Positions 10,567 to 18,373 of a stretch of 64,000 nt of DNA are shown here, one piece after another. How positions within the stretch are numbered: the first letter of the stretch is position 1; each line of letters opens with the position of its first letter. This DNA comes from a virus (taxonomy: Duplodnaviria; Caudoviricetes). The stretch covers positions 12,441 to 76,440 of the IMG/VR virus record IMGVR_UViG_2534682207_000010. One strand, 5' to 3'. Under the pieces are notes generated by a model, which was given only the letters and a program-made list of their open reading frames with translations, did no database searches and was not told the DNA's origin. Both the position numbers and the translations under genes were made by a program.

Positions 10567-10658
10567 GATTTGCTTAACATGAGCGTGTTTTACAGGTTTT
10601 ACATGTTTTTGTCAACTAAATTAAAATTTTCCGGGAGAACCGGAGGAAGGAGAACATT

Positions 10659-10928
10659 ATGAATGATTTAACGTTAGTGTTACCGATAGCCATTGGTGGG
10701 AGAATATGGGATATTGATTTTCCAGAGCGTCCCGCCCTAGTTATGGGGTATCGAATTGGAAGAATGATGGGAGAAGATGATGCGGATTACGAGGAAAGCT
10801 ATGAAGATGGAGAGTTATACATCCAATATACAATAGGGGGAGTAGAAGGTTCTTCGCCTGTGTCAAGTATAGGAGAATCCCTCTTTCTGACAAAGGATGA
10901 ATTGATACAGGCTGTTTCACAAAACTGA
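10659..10928 (+). CDS. hypothetical cassette gene
   Basis: RBS after motif 10617; ends QN-stop inside motif 10921. Confidence 0.7.
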   Translation: MNDLTLVLPIAIGGRIWDIDFPERPALVMGYRIGRMMGEDDADYEESYEDGELYIQYTIGGVEGSSPVSSIGESLFLTKDELIQAVSQN

Positions 10929-10961
10929 CATTTAACTCATTAAGAGAGAAAGAGAAACGAT

Positions 10962-11099
10962 ATGGAAGAATTAATTAAGGCGTTACAAAGATTTGACAGT
11001 TTGGAGACAGTTATTGCCGAATTAAAAGCTTATGATAGACAAGACGGCATCGAAGAATTAGTTGAATATCTTAACGATGAAGCTGATTACTTACGCTAA
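10962..11099 (+). CDS. 45-aa hypothetical cassette gene (MEELIKALQRFDS...)
   Basis: Hand translation; lies between motifs 10921 and 11106; purine-rich leader. Confidence 0.55.
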   Translation: MEELIKALQRFDSLETVIAELKAYDRQDGIEELVEYLNDEADYLR

Positions 11100-11140
11100 C
11101 GAATAGAAATTAACAATTTATACAAGAAAGGCAGTGCAGT

Positions 11141-11287
11141 ATGCGTGGTGATAAAAGCAGTGTATATATCCTTGAGGGTAAGGAACTGAATGCAGACGAA
11201 CTTATTATGGAATTAGCGGAGCGAGGAAAAATATTCTTAAATTTTGACAAGGATATATCAAAATTTGGCGTAGAGGTAACTCTTTAA
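11141..11287 (+). CDS. 48-aa hypothetical cassette gene (MRGDKSSVYILEG...)
   Basis: Hand translation; AAAGG RBS; stop codon overlaps motif 11286. Confidence 0.55.
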   Translation: MRGDKSSVYILEGKELNADELIMELAERGKIFLNFDKDISKFGVEVTL

Positions 11288-11316
11288 AATTAGCATTTTC
11301 AGGAAGAAGGTATCAG

Positions 11317-11481
11317 ATGGATTTTTATAACTGTCCTTATGTTGTAGTTATTCCGTTTCGCAATAGAAATGAGTATGATGAGGATTACAGATGTGAGGTA
11401 ACAGGGAAGTACTGTCAATGTTGCCAGTGTAAATTGACACCAGAAGAGTGTGAACAGTTGATTCAAAAACAGAAAAATTAA
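11317..11481 (+). CDS. 54-aa Cys-rich cassette gene, paralogue of 1755-1943
   Basis: MDFYNCPYVVVIPFRNRNEYDE...CQCKLTPE; stop codon inside motif 11474. Confidence 0.7.
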   Translation: MDFYNCPYVVVIPFRNRNEYDEDYRCEVTGKYCQCCQCKLTPEECEQLIQKQKN

Positions 11482-11504
11482 CATTTAAGGAAAGAAGGCG
11501 CGTT

Positions 11505-11789
11505 ATGAGATTAATTGATGCTGACGCTTTTAATAAGCAGGTGGCGGCTATGACGATAAAGGAAAATTACCCAGTAGAAAAAGCCAATGCAATGATGAAG
11601 TTGATTGATATGCAGCCAACGGCGTTAGATATGGCTGATATTCTGGCACAATTAGAAAAACGTATTAATACACAGTTACAAATTATTACTGGACTGAATG
11701 ACCCGGTGTATGAGTACGGTTTTACTAAAAGCTTGGAAGCATATCAACAATGCCGCTTGATTTTGGAGGACGCTATTCACGAAAACTGA
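11505..11789 (+). CDS. hypothetical phage protein (MRLIDAD family)
   Basis: Common phage N-terminus; ends EN-stop inside motif 11782. Confidence 0.75.
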   Translation: MRLIDADAFNKQVAAMTIKENYPVEKANAMMKLIDMQPTALDMADILAQLEKRINTQLQIITGLNDPVYEYGFTKSLEAYQQCRLILEDAIHEN

Positions 11790-11833
11790 CATTTTATGGA
11801 GGTGTAAGATGCTAACATTTAGGAGAAGAGAAG

Positions 11834-11986
11834 ATGAATCATAAAGTGGAAAATATTTCAAAGCTGATTGTAGGAGAAAGAAGTATAGAAACATCCGTGA
11901 GCAAAGTATCAAAAGAGACAGGTGCAGTGCTCACGGAGTTAGTAATGAAAAGCGATAAAGAAAAAATTACTTTTCAAGTACGGTAA
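11834..11986 (+). CDS. 50-aa hypothetical gene
   Basis: Hand translation; AGGAG RBS after motif 11808. Confidence 0.5.
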   Translation: MNHKVENISKLIVGERSIETSVSKVSKETGAVLTELVMKSDKEKITFQVR

Positions 11987-12209
11987 AGTTGCCGTTTCCG
12001 TCATCCTTTAGTTCACGGTTTGTTTTGATGATAATTTTATCAGCATATTCAATCATTTCAATAACAAACCCATTGGGATAAGTGGAACGGTGGTGAATAC
12101 AGTCGGCAGTATGCCGCAGAGTTTCCTGCTGAATCTCCGAAAAATTATTACAAAATCCTTTTGTATCAATATTATTTTTAGATCCAGCGGTAAATGTGTA
12201 TTCATACAT
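11967..12209 (-). CDS. hypothetical protein (80 aa)
   Basis: AAGGAGG RBS before ATG 12209 on minus strand. Confidence 0.6.
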   Translation of the reverse strand: MYEYTFTAGSKNNIDTKGFCNNFSEIQQETLRHTADCIHHRSTYPNGFVIEMIEYADKIIIKTNRELKDDGNGNFTVLEK

Positions 12210-12379
12210 ATAACCAGCCTCCTTTCTATATGTACTCAGCTCCGGGCAGGGAGCCTGTACCCAAAGTATAGGGGCAAAAACATTAAAAATCAATAAGGAG
12301 AAAACTGAAATAAGCCAAAAAGCGATAAGGTTAATCGCAAAAAACAGAACAAATAGAACAATGGAAGGAGCGTATACAT

Positions 12380-12565
12380 ATGAAGGTTGGAGAGTATTTG
12401 AAAGAGCAGCGGGAACAGCAGGGCTTGTCCAATGCAAAGCTGGCGAAAGCAGCTGGAGTGTCAAAGCGCTCCCTTATCTATTGGGAGCAGGGTAGGGATA
12501 TGAGCGTGGAGGTGGCCGATAAAGTACTTAAGGCCCTGGGCGCGACCTGTAAAATAGGTGCATGA
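12380..12565 (+). CDS. XRE-family helix-turn-helix regulator
   Basis: LKEQREQQGLSNAKLAKAAGVSKRSLIYWEQG HTH; GGAG RBS. Confidence 0.88.
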   Translation: MKVGEYLKEQREQQGLSNAKLAKAAGVSKRSLIYWEQGRDMSVEVADKVLKALGATCKIGA

Positions 12566-12599
12566 TTGTGCACCAAAACTGATATTTTGGAGGATGCGA

Positions 12600-12767
12600 A
12601 TGTATCAATATTATATATCGGCGGCAACCAATGTTGGTTATGTATCTTTTGTGTATAAACTTGATTTTAAGATGGATTCGGTAGAAAACATAAAAAAGGT
12701 ATATGATATGTTGGAAGAAAGCGGAATAACAAATCCGACTATATTGTTCTTTAATCAATTAAACTGA
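12600..12767 (+). CDS. hypothetical cassette gene
   Basis: GGAGG RBS after motif 12575; ends at motif 12767. Confidence 0.6.
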   Translation: MYQYYISAATNVGYVSFVYKLDFKMDSVENIKKVYDMLEESGITNPTILFFNQLN

Positions 12768-12791
12768 AAATTAATATTTGGAGGATGGAAC

Positions 12792-13034
12792 ATGATTGAA
12801 AGGAAAAGGGAAATCTCTATCGTAAAAGACCGTGAGTTTTTGTCAGCGGAAAATGACGCATACAATGCCCTCGTTGCTAAAGGGTATACTCCGCAAGGTG
12901 CCGATACGGGATTTAAGACAGTCTGCGTGATGCTGTTTGAGCATCCAGAATATGCAGAGAATCCAGCCAAACGAGGCAAATGTAAAGTATATCATTTTAA
13001 AAATTGGCAAGAAGCCTTAGCGCAACTAAACTGA
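12792..13034 (+). CDS. hypothetical cassette gene
   Basis: GGAGG RBS; stop codon inside motif 13027. Confidence 0.7.
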   Translation: MIERKREISIVKDREFLSAENDAYNALVAKGYTPQGADTGFKTVCVMLFEHPEYAENPAKRGKCKVYHFKNWQEALAQLN

Positions 13035-13055
13035 CATTTACAGGAGGAATAAGCC

Positions 13056-13409
13056 ATGGATAAAAAGACGATAGTATTTGATTTTGATGGAGTGATACAT
13101 AGTTACACAAGCGGGTGGCAGGGTATATCAGTTATACCAGACCCGGTTGTGCCAGAGATACAGGCAGCAATCAATTACTTACGCATGGAAGGGTACGAGG
13201 TAATTGTGGTATCTACCAGATGTGCAAGGCCAGAGGGTATGGGAGCGGTTAGGCGCTATTTGAGAGATAACCATATTGTGGTTGATGATGTAGTTGCACA
13301 CAAGCCGCCTGCAATCTGCTATATAGACGATAGAGCAATATGCTTTGACGGAGACGCATTAGGACTAATTGGGAAGATTAGGGCTTTTAAACCCTGGAAT
13401 CAAAATTAA
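13056..13409 (+). CDS. HAD-superfamily phosphatase-like protein
   Basis: DFDGVI motif I and YIDDRA; ends QN-stop inside motif 13402. Confidence 0.8.
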   Translation: MDKKTIVFDFDGVIHSYTSGWQGISVIPDPVVPEIQAAINYLRMEGYEVIVVSTRCARPEGMGAVRRYLRDNHIVVDDVVAHKPPAICYIDDRAICFDGDALGLIGKIRAFKPWNQN

Positions 13410-13439
13410 TATTTCCGAGAGAACCGGAGGAAGGAAAAG

Positions 13440-13673
13440 ATGAAAGTTGTCAAAAAGAAGATACTGCCTGAATACTTTCGGGTGGTGCGAGCAAGAAAGA
13501 AGAATTTTGAAATCCGGGTGGATGAAGATAATGTCCAGGTTGGAGATTTGCTTATTTTGGAAGAGTGGGATGGGTTTTATACGGGAAACAGTGTAAGGCG
13601 GCATGTTAAATATGTTTTGCGGGACGCCCCATCACTTGGTTTAAAGCCAGGGTATTGTATCATAAGTTGGTAA
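13440..13673 (+). CDS. DUF3850 / ASCH-like domain protein
   Basis: KILPEYF...KKNFEIR.D...QVGD.L.LEEW signature. Confidence 0.8.
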   Translation: MKVVKKKILPEYFRVVRARKKNFEIRVDEDNVQVGDLLILEEWDGFYTGNSVRRHVKYVLRDAPSLGLKPGYCIISW

Positions 13674-13710
13674 AGTTAAGATTTGGCCGCTGAGTGCCAG
13701 AAAGGAAGAT

Positions 13711-13980
13711 ATGATGAAATTAGTAGATACTGTAAACGGAATGAACAGTGCAGATTACAAAGAGAGATTTATTGCAGAGTATCAGCAGCTAGTTATCAGA
13801 TACAGAGGGCTGACAAGTATGCTCTATAAATGGGACAGGGGAATAGACCTTGGGTTTGTTCCTACTTGCCCTAGAAGCACATACAATATGCAGGTAAAAG
13901 CAATGACAGATTATATCGCGGTCCTTGAAGCCAGAGCAGTGATGGAAGGTATTGAACTGGATTTGAGTACTGTTCTTTGA
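13711..13980 (+). CDS. crAss001_48-related phage protein
   Basis: MNSADYKERFIAEYQQLVIRY...L..RAVMEGIEL pattern recalled from this family. Confidence 0.65.
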   Translation: MMKLVDTVNGMNSADYKERFIAEYQQLVIRYRGLTSMLYKWDRGIDLGFVPTCPRSTYNMQVKAMTDYIAVLEARAVMEGIELDLSTVL

Positions 13981-14051
13981 GACTAAGCTGATATCAGCAG
14001 TATTAACATTTGGAGGGATATTTGAATCCGCACTTGAGGGAGGAAAGGAAC

Positions 14052-14297
14052 ATGAAACCAGAAGAGGCTATTGATATTATTAAGCGTATGTACAAAGGAA
14101 CACCTACAACGGAACAGTATGAAGCCTTAGAAGCAGCGTATGAGGCACTGGGAAAGCAGATACCCAAAAAAACTCCTAGAATTTATGGGGCAATGGGTGA
14201 AAAATATGAATGTCCTGAATGTGGTAGCGGGTTGAGAGATACAGATTTGTTTACAGGGCATTGTAAATGGTGTGGTCAGGCAATTAAACAATATTAA
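14052..14297 (+). CDS. Zn-ribbon phage protein
   Basis: ALGKQIPKK...CPECG...CKWCGQA; stop codon inside motif 14290. Confidence 0.75.
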   Translation: MKPEEAIDIIKRMYKGTPTTEQYEALEAAYEALGKQIPKKTPRIYGAMGEKYECPECGSGLRDTDLFTGHCKWCGQAIKQY

Positions 14298-14315
14298 TAT
14301 TTTGCGGAGGTGTGT

Positions 14316-14468
14316 ATGGATAAAGATTTTTCAAAAGGGTTTATGTATGATGTTGCAGATTTGTTGGAATATTGTGCAGAAAATAATACAGATAATGTCG
14401 ATTTGATTTTTACGTTTGGGGATAAGGAACTGAATGTAAATGTCACATTTTCAATTAAACAAAACTGA
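14316..14468 (+). CDS. 50-aa hypothetical cassette gene
   Basis: Hand translation; GGAGGT RBS; ends QN-stop inside motif 14461. Confidence 0.65.
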   Translation: MDKDFSKGFMYDVADLLEYCAENNTDNVDLIFTFGDKELNVNVTFSIKQN

Positions 14469-14496
14469 TATTTGTGATACGAAGGGAGGTACCTGA

Positions 14497-14718
14497 TTGA
14501 GAAAGAAAGCAGACAGTAAGCAGGCTAAGGTCAGTCGTATCGACCGCAGCAAGGCGCTGGCCGCCCAGGCTGACGAGGCCATCAAGGAGCGCATCCGAAC
14601 GGCGCCGCCGTACATGTATACCAGCCTGTGCCCGGTTCCGGGATTGCGCCGGCTGCCGAAGGGAGTGATACGGTATTATGAGACAGTGTTACATAGACAA
14701 CGGGCGCCGCGGGTGTGA
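14497..14718 (+). CDS. basic hypothetical phage protein
   Basis: GGAGGT RBS, TTG start, first gene after the array. Confidence 0.55.
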   Translation: MRKKADSKQAKVSRIDRSKALAAQADEAIKERIRTAPPYMYTSLCPVPGLRRLPKGVIRYYETVLHRQRAPRV

Positions 14719-14785
14719 TGGCCAGCGGACCAATAAGGGCCGGATACGGTACGGGTGCTGGGCGTGCAAATAAAGGCGGTGGAAT

Positions 14786-15190
14786 ATGAGCGAAGAACAA
14801 CTTAAGAGGTACTGGCAGGCTTATACAGATGCATGGATGCTGATGAAAAACTGGAAAAAAGTCACGAAGGAGCATATAGAAGAAATGCTATCGAAGCATG
14901 ACATCGGAGTCATGAGACGGCTGTTTTGCCTAGCTGTTTGGCAAGAAATAAAGAGAGTCAAGGCAGGTGGTGAGCCATTATTGGAAAAGAATTACCATAG
15001 GGCATTTACATATACATGGAAACTGTTTAAGCAGTATAGTGAACCCAATGATTCTGATGAATACTGGGATAGTCTTATAGATGGAATAAAAGATTTGGGA
15101 AAGAAATTTGGAGAAAGTCAATTCATAAAAAATCTATTAATTCATGTTACTTTGGAAGAGATAGAACGTATTTATAGAGAAAAAATTTGA
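14786..15190 (+). CDS. hypothetical protein with internal duplication (AYTDAW..MK / AFTYTW..FK)
   Basis: ORF with two similar halves. Confidence 0.65.
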   Translation: MSEEQLKRYWQAYTDAWMLMKNWKKVTKEHIEEMLSKHDIGVMRRLFCLAVWQEIKRVKAGGEPLLEKNYHRAFTYTWKLFKQYSEPNDSDEYWDSLIDGIKDLGKKFGESQFIKNLLIHVTLEEIERIYREKI

Positions 15191-15242
15191 TACTGTAAGG
15201 ATGATAAAGTCACATAATTTGCCGAAGGAGTGAGGAGATATT

Positions 15243-15575
15243 ATGACACGAGCGGAAAGGCGACGCGTAGAACGAGAGAACAGAAAACAGCCTACATATA
15301 ATCTATCCAGAGACCAATTGCGGGAAATTAAACAAGAGGCTACCCATGACGCGGCAGAGACTGCTTTTCTCATGATGCTGGGCATTCCAGTATTGATGTT
15401 CAAGGACCATTTTGGTCAACTGATGCGTAGGGAAGTGGATGGAAAGAGTCGGGAACAGCGGTTCGTGGATTACTGCATCGAGTTTTATAGGCAGTTTGAT
15501 AAGGGGTTGTACACACTGGATGATATCCGTTCCGTGTTGAAAGATGAATGTGATATTGAGATTGAGATGAAATAA
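15243..15575 (+). CDS. hypothetical phage protein
   Basis: GGAG RBS; followed by a hairpin. Confidence 0.65.
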   Translation: MTRAERRRVERENRKQPTYNLSRDQLREIKQEATHDAAETAFLMMLGIPVLMFKDHFGQLMRREVDGKSREQRFVDYCIEFYRQFDKGLYTLDDIRSVLKDECDIEIEMK

Positions 15576-15594
15576 GCCGGGGGAGTACCCCGGC
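15576..15594 (+). terminator. GC-rich hairpin, probable terminator
   Basis: GCCGGGG-GAGTA-CCCCGGC directly after stop codon. Confidence 0.5.
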
Positions 15595-15732
15595 AATAAA
15601 AAACATCAAAAAAGAACATATGTACGAAAAAGAAGCCCCGTGTGCTTGGCGGCTGAAGGGCTTCTCCTCTTTGGATAGGATAATTATAACCTATCCTGTA
15701 CAAAATTACAAGGAAAGGATGGGTGGAAATAT

Positions 15733-16755
15733 ATGGCAGAACAGGTAAGTATGGATGATGTTGTCAGGCGTGTTATGGATAATATTGTAAATGTCATCGA
15801 AGAACAGGAACGACTTAATCAAGTAAAACAGATACTCAACATGTGTTTATCGAAATTTCAGTTTTTTACAGAAGAAACAGCGTTGTCTAATGAAATAGAT
15901 AGGTCAGTGGAATACCTTAATGCCTATTTGCTCCAGATGAAGCTGGACGGATGTACAGATGGTAGTATTAACAATTATAAATGTAATCTAAAAAATATGA
16001 TGACATATATAAATAAAAATGTAACGGAGATTACATACCAGGATTTAAAGGGGTACCTTGCATATGGGAAACTTGTGCGCAAATGGAAAGATAGAACTTA
16101 TAATAGTAAACTTATATCGATACGTAGTTTCTTCTCCTTTTTGTACACAGAAGATTTATTGCCAGAAAATCCCGCAAAAAAATTGAAGGAAACGAAAGTG
16201 GAATACAAGATAGGGGCAACGTTGCAGCCTGAACAACGTGAAATGGTTAGATGTGCCTGCGAAAATGAATTTGAACTTGCGTTATGTGATATGCTGTATG
16301 TTACGGGAGTTCGTGTGTCAGAATTATGTGGTATGGATATTTCCGATGTAGATTTTCAGCGAAAAACGGCAATAGTTTATGGTAAAGGAAGAAAAGAGCG
16401 TCAAGTATATCTTAATGGACAGGTTGCTCTTCATTTATGGAGGTATCTGGACGGTAGAAATGATGATAATCCAGCTTTATTTGTGTCTCCCAATAGGCCA
16501 AAGAGCCGCATTTCTGGTCAGACAGTTCGTAATATTTTACAGTGTATAAAGGCAAGAGATGCAGAATTGGAAGGTGTGAAAGTTACTCCCCATGTGTTCC
16601 GGCGTACTGTTGGAACAGATATGATTAACAAAGGTGCTCCAGCTGAAATTGTAAAGGAAGCACTTGGACATGTTAAGATTGATACAACATTAAAATGCTA
16701 TGCAGCAATCAGCAGAGAGACAGTACAACAGGCACATGCAAGATTTGTTGGATAA
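15733..16755 (+). CDS. tyrosine recombinase (XerC/D-like, SAM-like N-domain)
   Basis: Catalytic residues intact: TGVRVSEL (R), GKGRKER (K), TPHVFRR (HxxR), LGH, TTLKCYA (Y). Confidence 0.93.
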   Translation: MAEQVSMDDVVRRVMDNIVNVIEEQERLNQVKQILNMCLSKFQFFTEETALSNEIDRSVEYLNAYLLQMKLDGCTDGSINNYKCNLKNMMTYINKNVTEITYQDLKGYLAYGKLVRKWKDRTYNSKLISIRSFFSFLYTEDLLPENPAKKLKETKVEYKIGATLQPEQREMVRCACENEFELALCDMLYVTGVRVSELCGMDISDVDFQRKTAIVYGKGRKERQVYLNGQVALHLWRYLDGRNDDNPALFVSPNRPKSRISGQTVRNILQCIKARDAELEGVKVTPHVFRRTVGTDMINKGAPAEIVKEALGHVKIDTTLKCYAAISRETVQQAHARFVG

Positions 16756-16981
16756 AGTAAATCCTGGAAATAAGGTAACACTTTTTGATACCCCCCTAGG
16801 TTAAGAATTTTGCAGAAAAAAGACGGAAATGTTTTTTGAGAAATTTTTGAATTTTGGTATTTTTTTTTAATAGGAAAAGTTGATTTTGAATTTGTGTCGA
16901 ATTTCTTTCGGATTTTGCATAAAACTTTTAGATACACTGTCTCGTTGGTGCTTTGCGATGCCGATTAGGGTAGTAGTGCTA

Positions 16982-18373
16982 GTACAACTCGATTTAAATA
17001 AGCTTACAATTTAAGCATTGGTAGTAATCTGATTTCTTGGCTTACGTGTCCGTGCTTTGGGCGCACGTTTCCCTTGGTTTTCAGGACTTGCTGCTTTCGC
17101 ATTTACAACTTCATAGACGATTGTGCCCACATCCTCTTCCGAAAGATCAATCGTGTCCAAGCGGTATTTCCATTTGTAGGGGACGGGAACCTCATTGATT
17201 TCTTCAAAGTATTTCAAAATCCGTTCCTTTAGTTCCTCTTTCGAGCCTACACGAATCCCGGACAACATCTGGCGGGTCATTTTGCTGAAAAAGCCTTCCA
17301 CCATATTCAGCCAGGAGCCATGTGTGGGTGTGAACACAAATTCAAACCTTCCAGGAACTGTATTCAGATATTCCTGTGTCTCCCTGGATGTATGGGCGGA
17401 GTGGTTATCCAGTATAAGCCGTATTTTGTCCCCTTTTGGGTATTTCTCATCCAATATTTTAAGGAATGTTACAAAATCGCTGCTTTTATGAGTATTGCTT
17501 ACCAGTGGGATAGCTTCCCCGGTCAACAGGTCAATCGCTGCCAATAGGGAGAGCGTCCCCAGACGTTTATACTCATAATCACGCTGTACGGTGGACATTT
17601 TTTCCGTACTGGCAACCGGGGGCCTGTCCCCGGTTGTGGTGGCAATCGCTTGGATCCCGGGCTTTTCATCATAGGATAATGTATGTACCGGCTCTTCATC
17701 ACCGGCAAACGGAATCAAACTTCCATTTTCATCAAAGCGGAGTTCAACCTGTTTGTAAATGACCAGCACATCATGCATCTTCTTTTCAAAGTCAGGATCC
17801 CGTTTTTCACAATAATAGGTGACCTTATGGGGATTAAGCATTGCTTTCCTAAGTATCTTCCGGATAGAAAACTCAGATGCTGTCGCCATACGGGGATATC
17901 CTTCCTGTTCAGCAACGGAATTGATGTAGCGGGTAAGGCTCAATGGATACCATAACTCTGCCGGGAGGCCGAATGCGGAAGGCTTTTGGCAGGCAATATT
18001 GATTACCCATGCCTTTGCATCATCGGTAATTTCAATCCTGCGGCCACGGCCTTTACTGTCTTCCATGGCAGCTTTCACGCCTGATTCCATATATTTTTTC
18101 AGGCAGAGCTTTACCGTCGGTCTCGAAATATCGAGTTTGTCAGCAATGGCTTCATCTGCCATGCCATCTGATTTTAATAAGAGGATTTTGGCTCTCCTGT
18201 GGACTCTGGCTTCAACAGTCCCCTTCTGTAGAATGGACTTTAAATATGACTTATCATCATTGGAAAGAAAAATAGGCGTAGCACTCTTTGGCATCATTTT
18301 ACCTCCTGAAATGGTCTATAAGTATTATACCATTTCAGGATAATAATGTAAACTTATTAAAATCGAGTTATAC
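16982..18373 (-). mobile_element. IS630-family insertion sequence
   Basis: Imperfect ~26-bp terminal inverted repeats (GTACAACTCGATTTAAATAAGCTTACA vs GTATAACTCGATTTTAATAAGTTTACA); TA duplication in CTAG context at 16980-81 and 18374-75. Confidence 0.92.
17011..18297 (-). CDS. IS630-family DDE transposase
   Basis: N-terminal HTH, YDEKPGIQA, DYEYKRLGT, LILDNHSAH, FTPTHGSWLNMVEGFF. Confidence 0.95.
   Translation of the reverse strand: MMPKSATPIFLSNDDKSYLKSILQKGTVEARVHRRAKILLLKSDGMADEAIADKLDISRPTVKLCLKKYMESGVKAAMEDSKGRGRRIEITDDAKAWVINIACQKPSAFGLPAELWYPLSLTRYINSVAEQEGYPRMATASEFSIRKILRKAMLNPHKVTYYCEKRDPDFEKKMHDVLVIYKQVELRFDENGSLIPFAGDEEPVHTLSYDEKPGIQAIATTTGDRPPVASTEKMSTVQRDYEYKRLGTLSLLAAIDLLTGEAIPLVSNTHKSSDFVTFLKILDEKYPKGDKIRLILDNHSAHTSRETQEYLNTVPGRFEFVFTPTHGSWLNMVEGFFSKMTRQMLSGIRVGSKEELKERILKYFEEINEVPVPYKWKYRLDTIDLSEEDVGTIVYEVVNAKAASPENQGKRAPKARTRKPRNQITTNA

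Larger units (their letters stand above)
9331..14473 (+). repeat. 19 dispersed copies of 13-bp gene-junction motif (AAAA-YTRA-YATTT consensus); putative cassette recombination sites
   Basis: Copies start at 9331, 9533, 10241, 10559, 10617, 10921, 11106, 11286, 11474, 11782, 11808, 12575, 12767, 13027, 13402, 13672, 13999, 14290, 14461; all same strand, all at gene boundaries. Confidence 0.88.

Noticed and set aside
9331-14473. CRISPR array or classical integron attC interpretation of the junction repeats
   Set aside because: Repeats are only 13 bp and degenerate, spacers are whole genes of 26-770 bp, there are no cas genes, and no GTTRRRY/RYYYAAC long hairpins typical of attC were seen.
15733-16755. 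Calling this recombinase the prophage integrase with an adjacent att site
   Set aside because: It is internal, between replication and packaging modules, with phage genes on both sides and no host junction in view.
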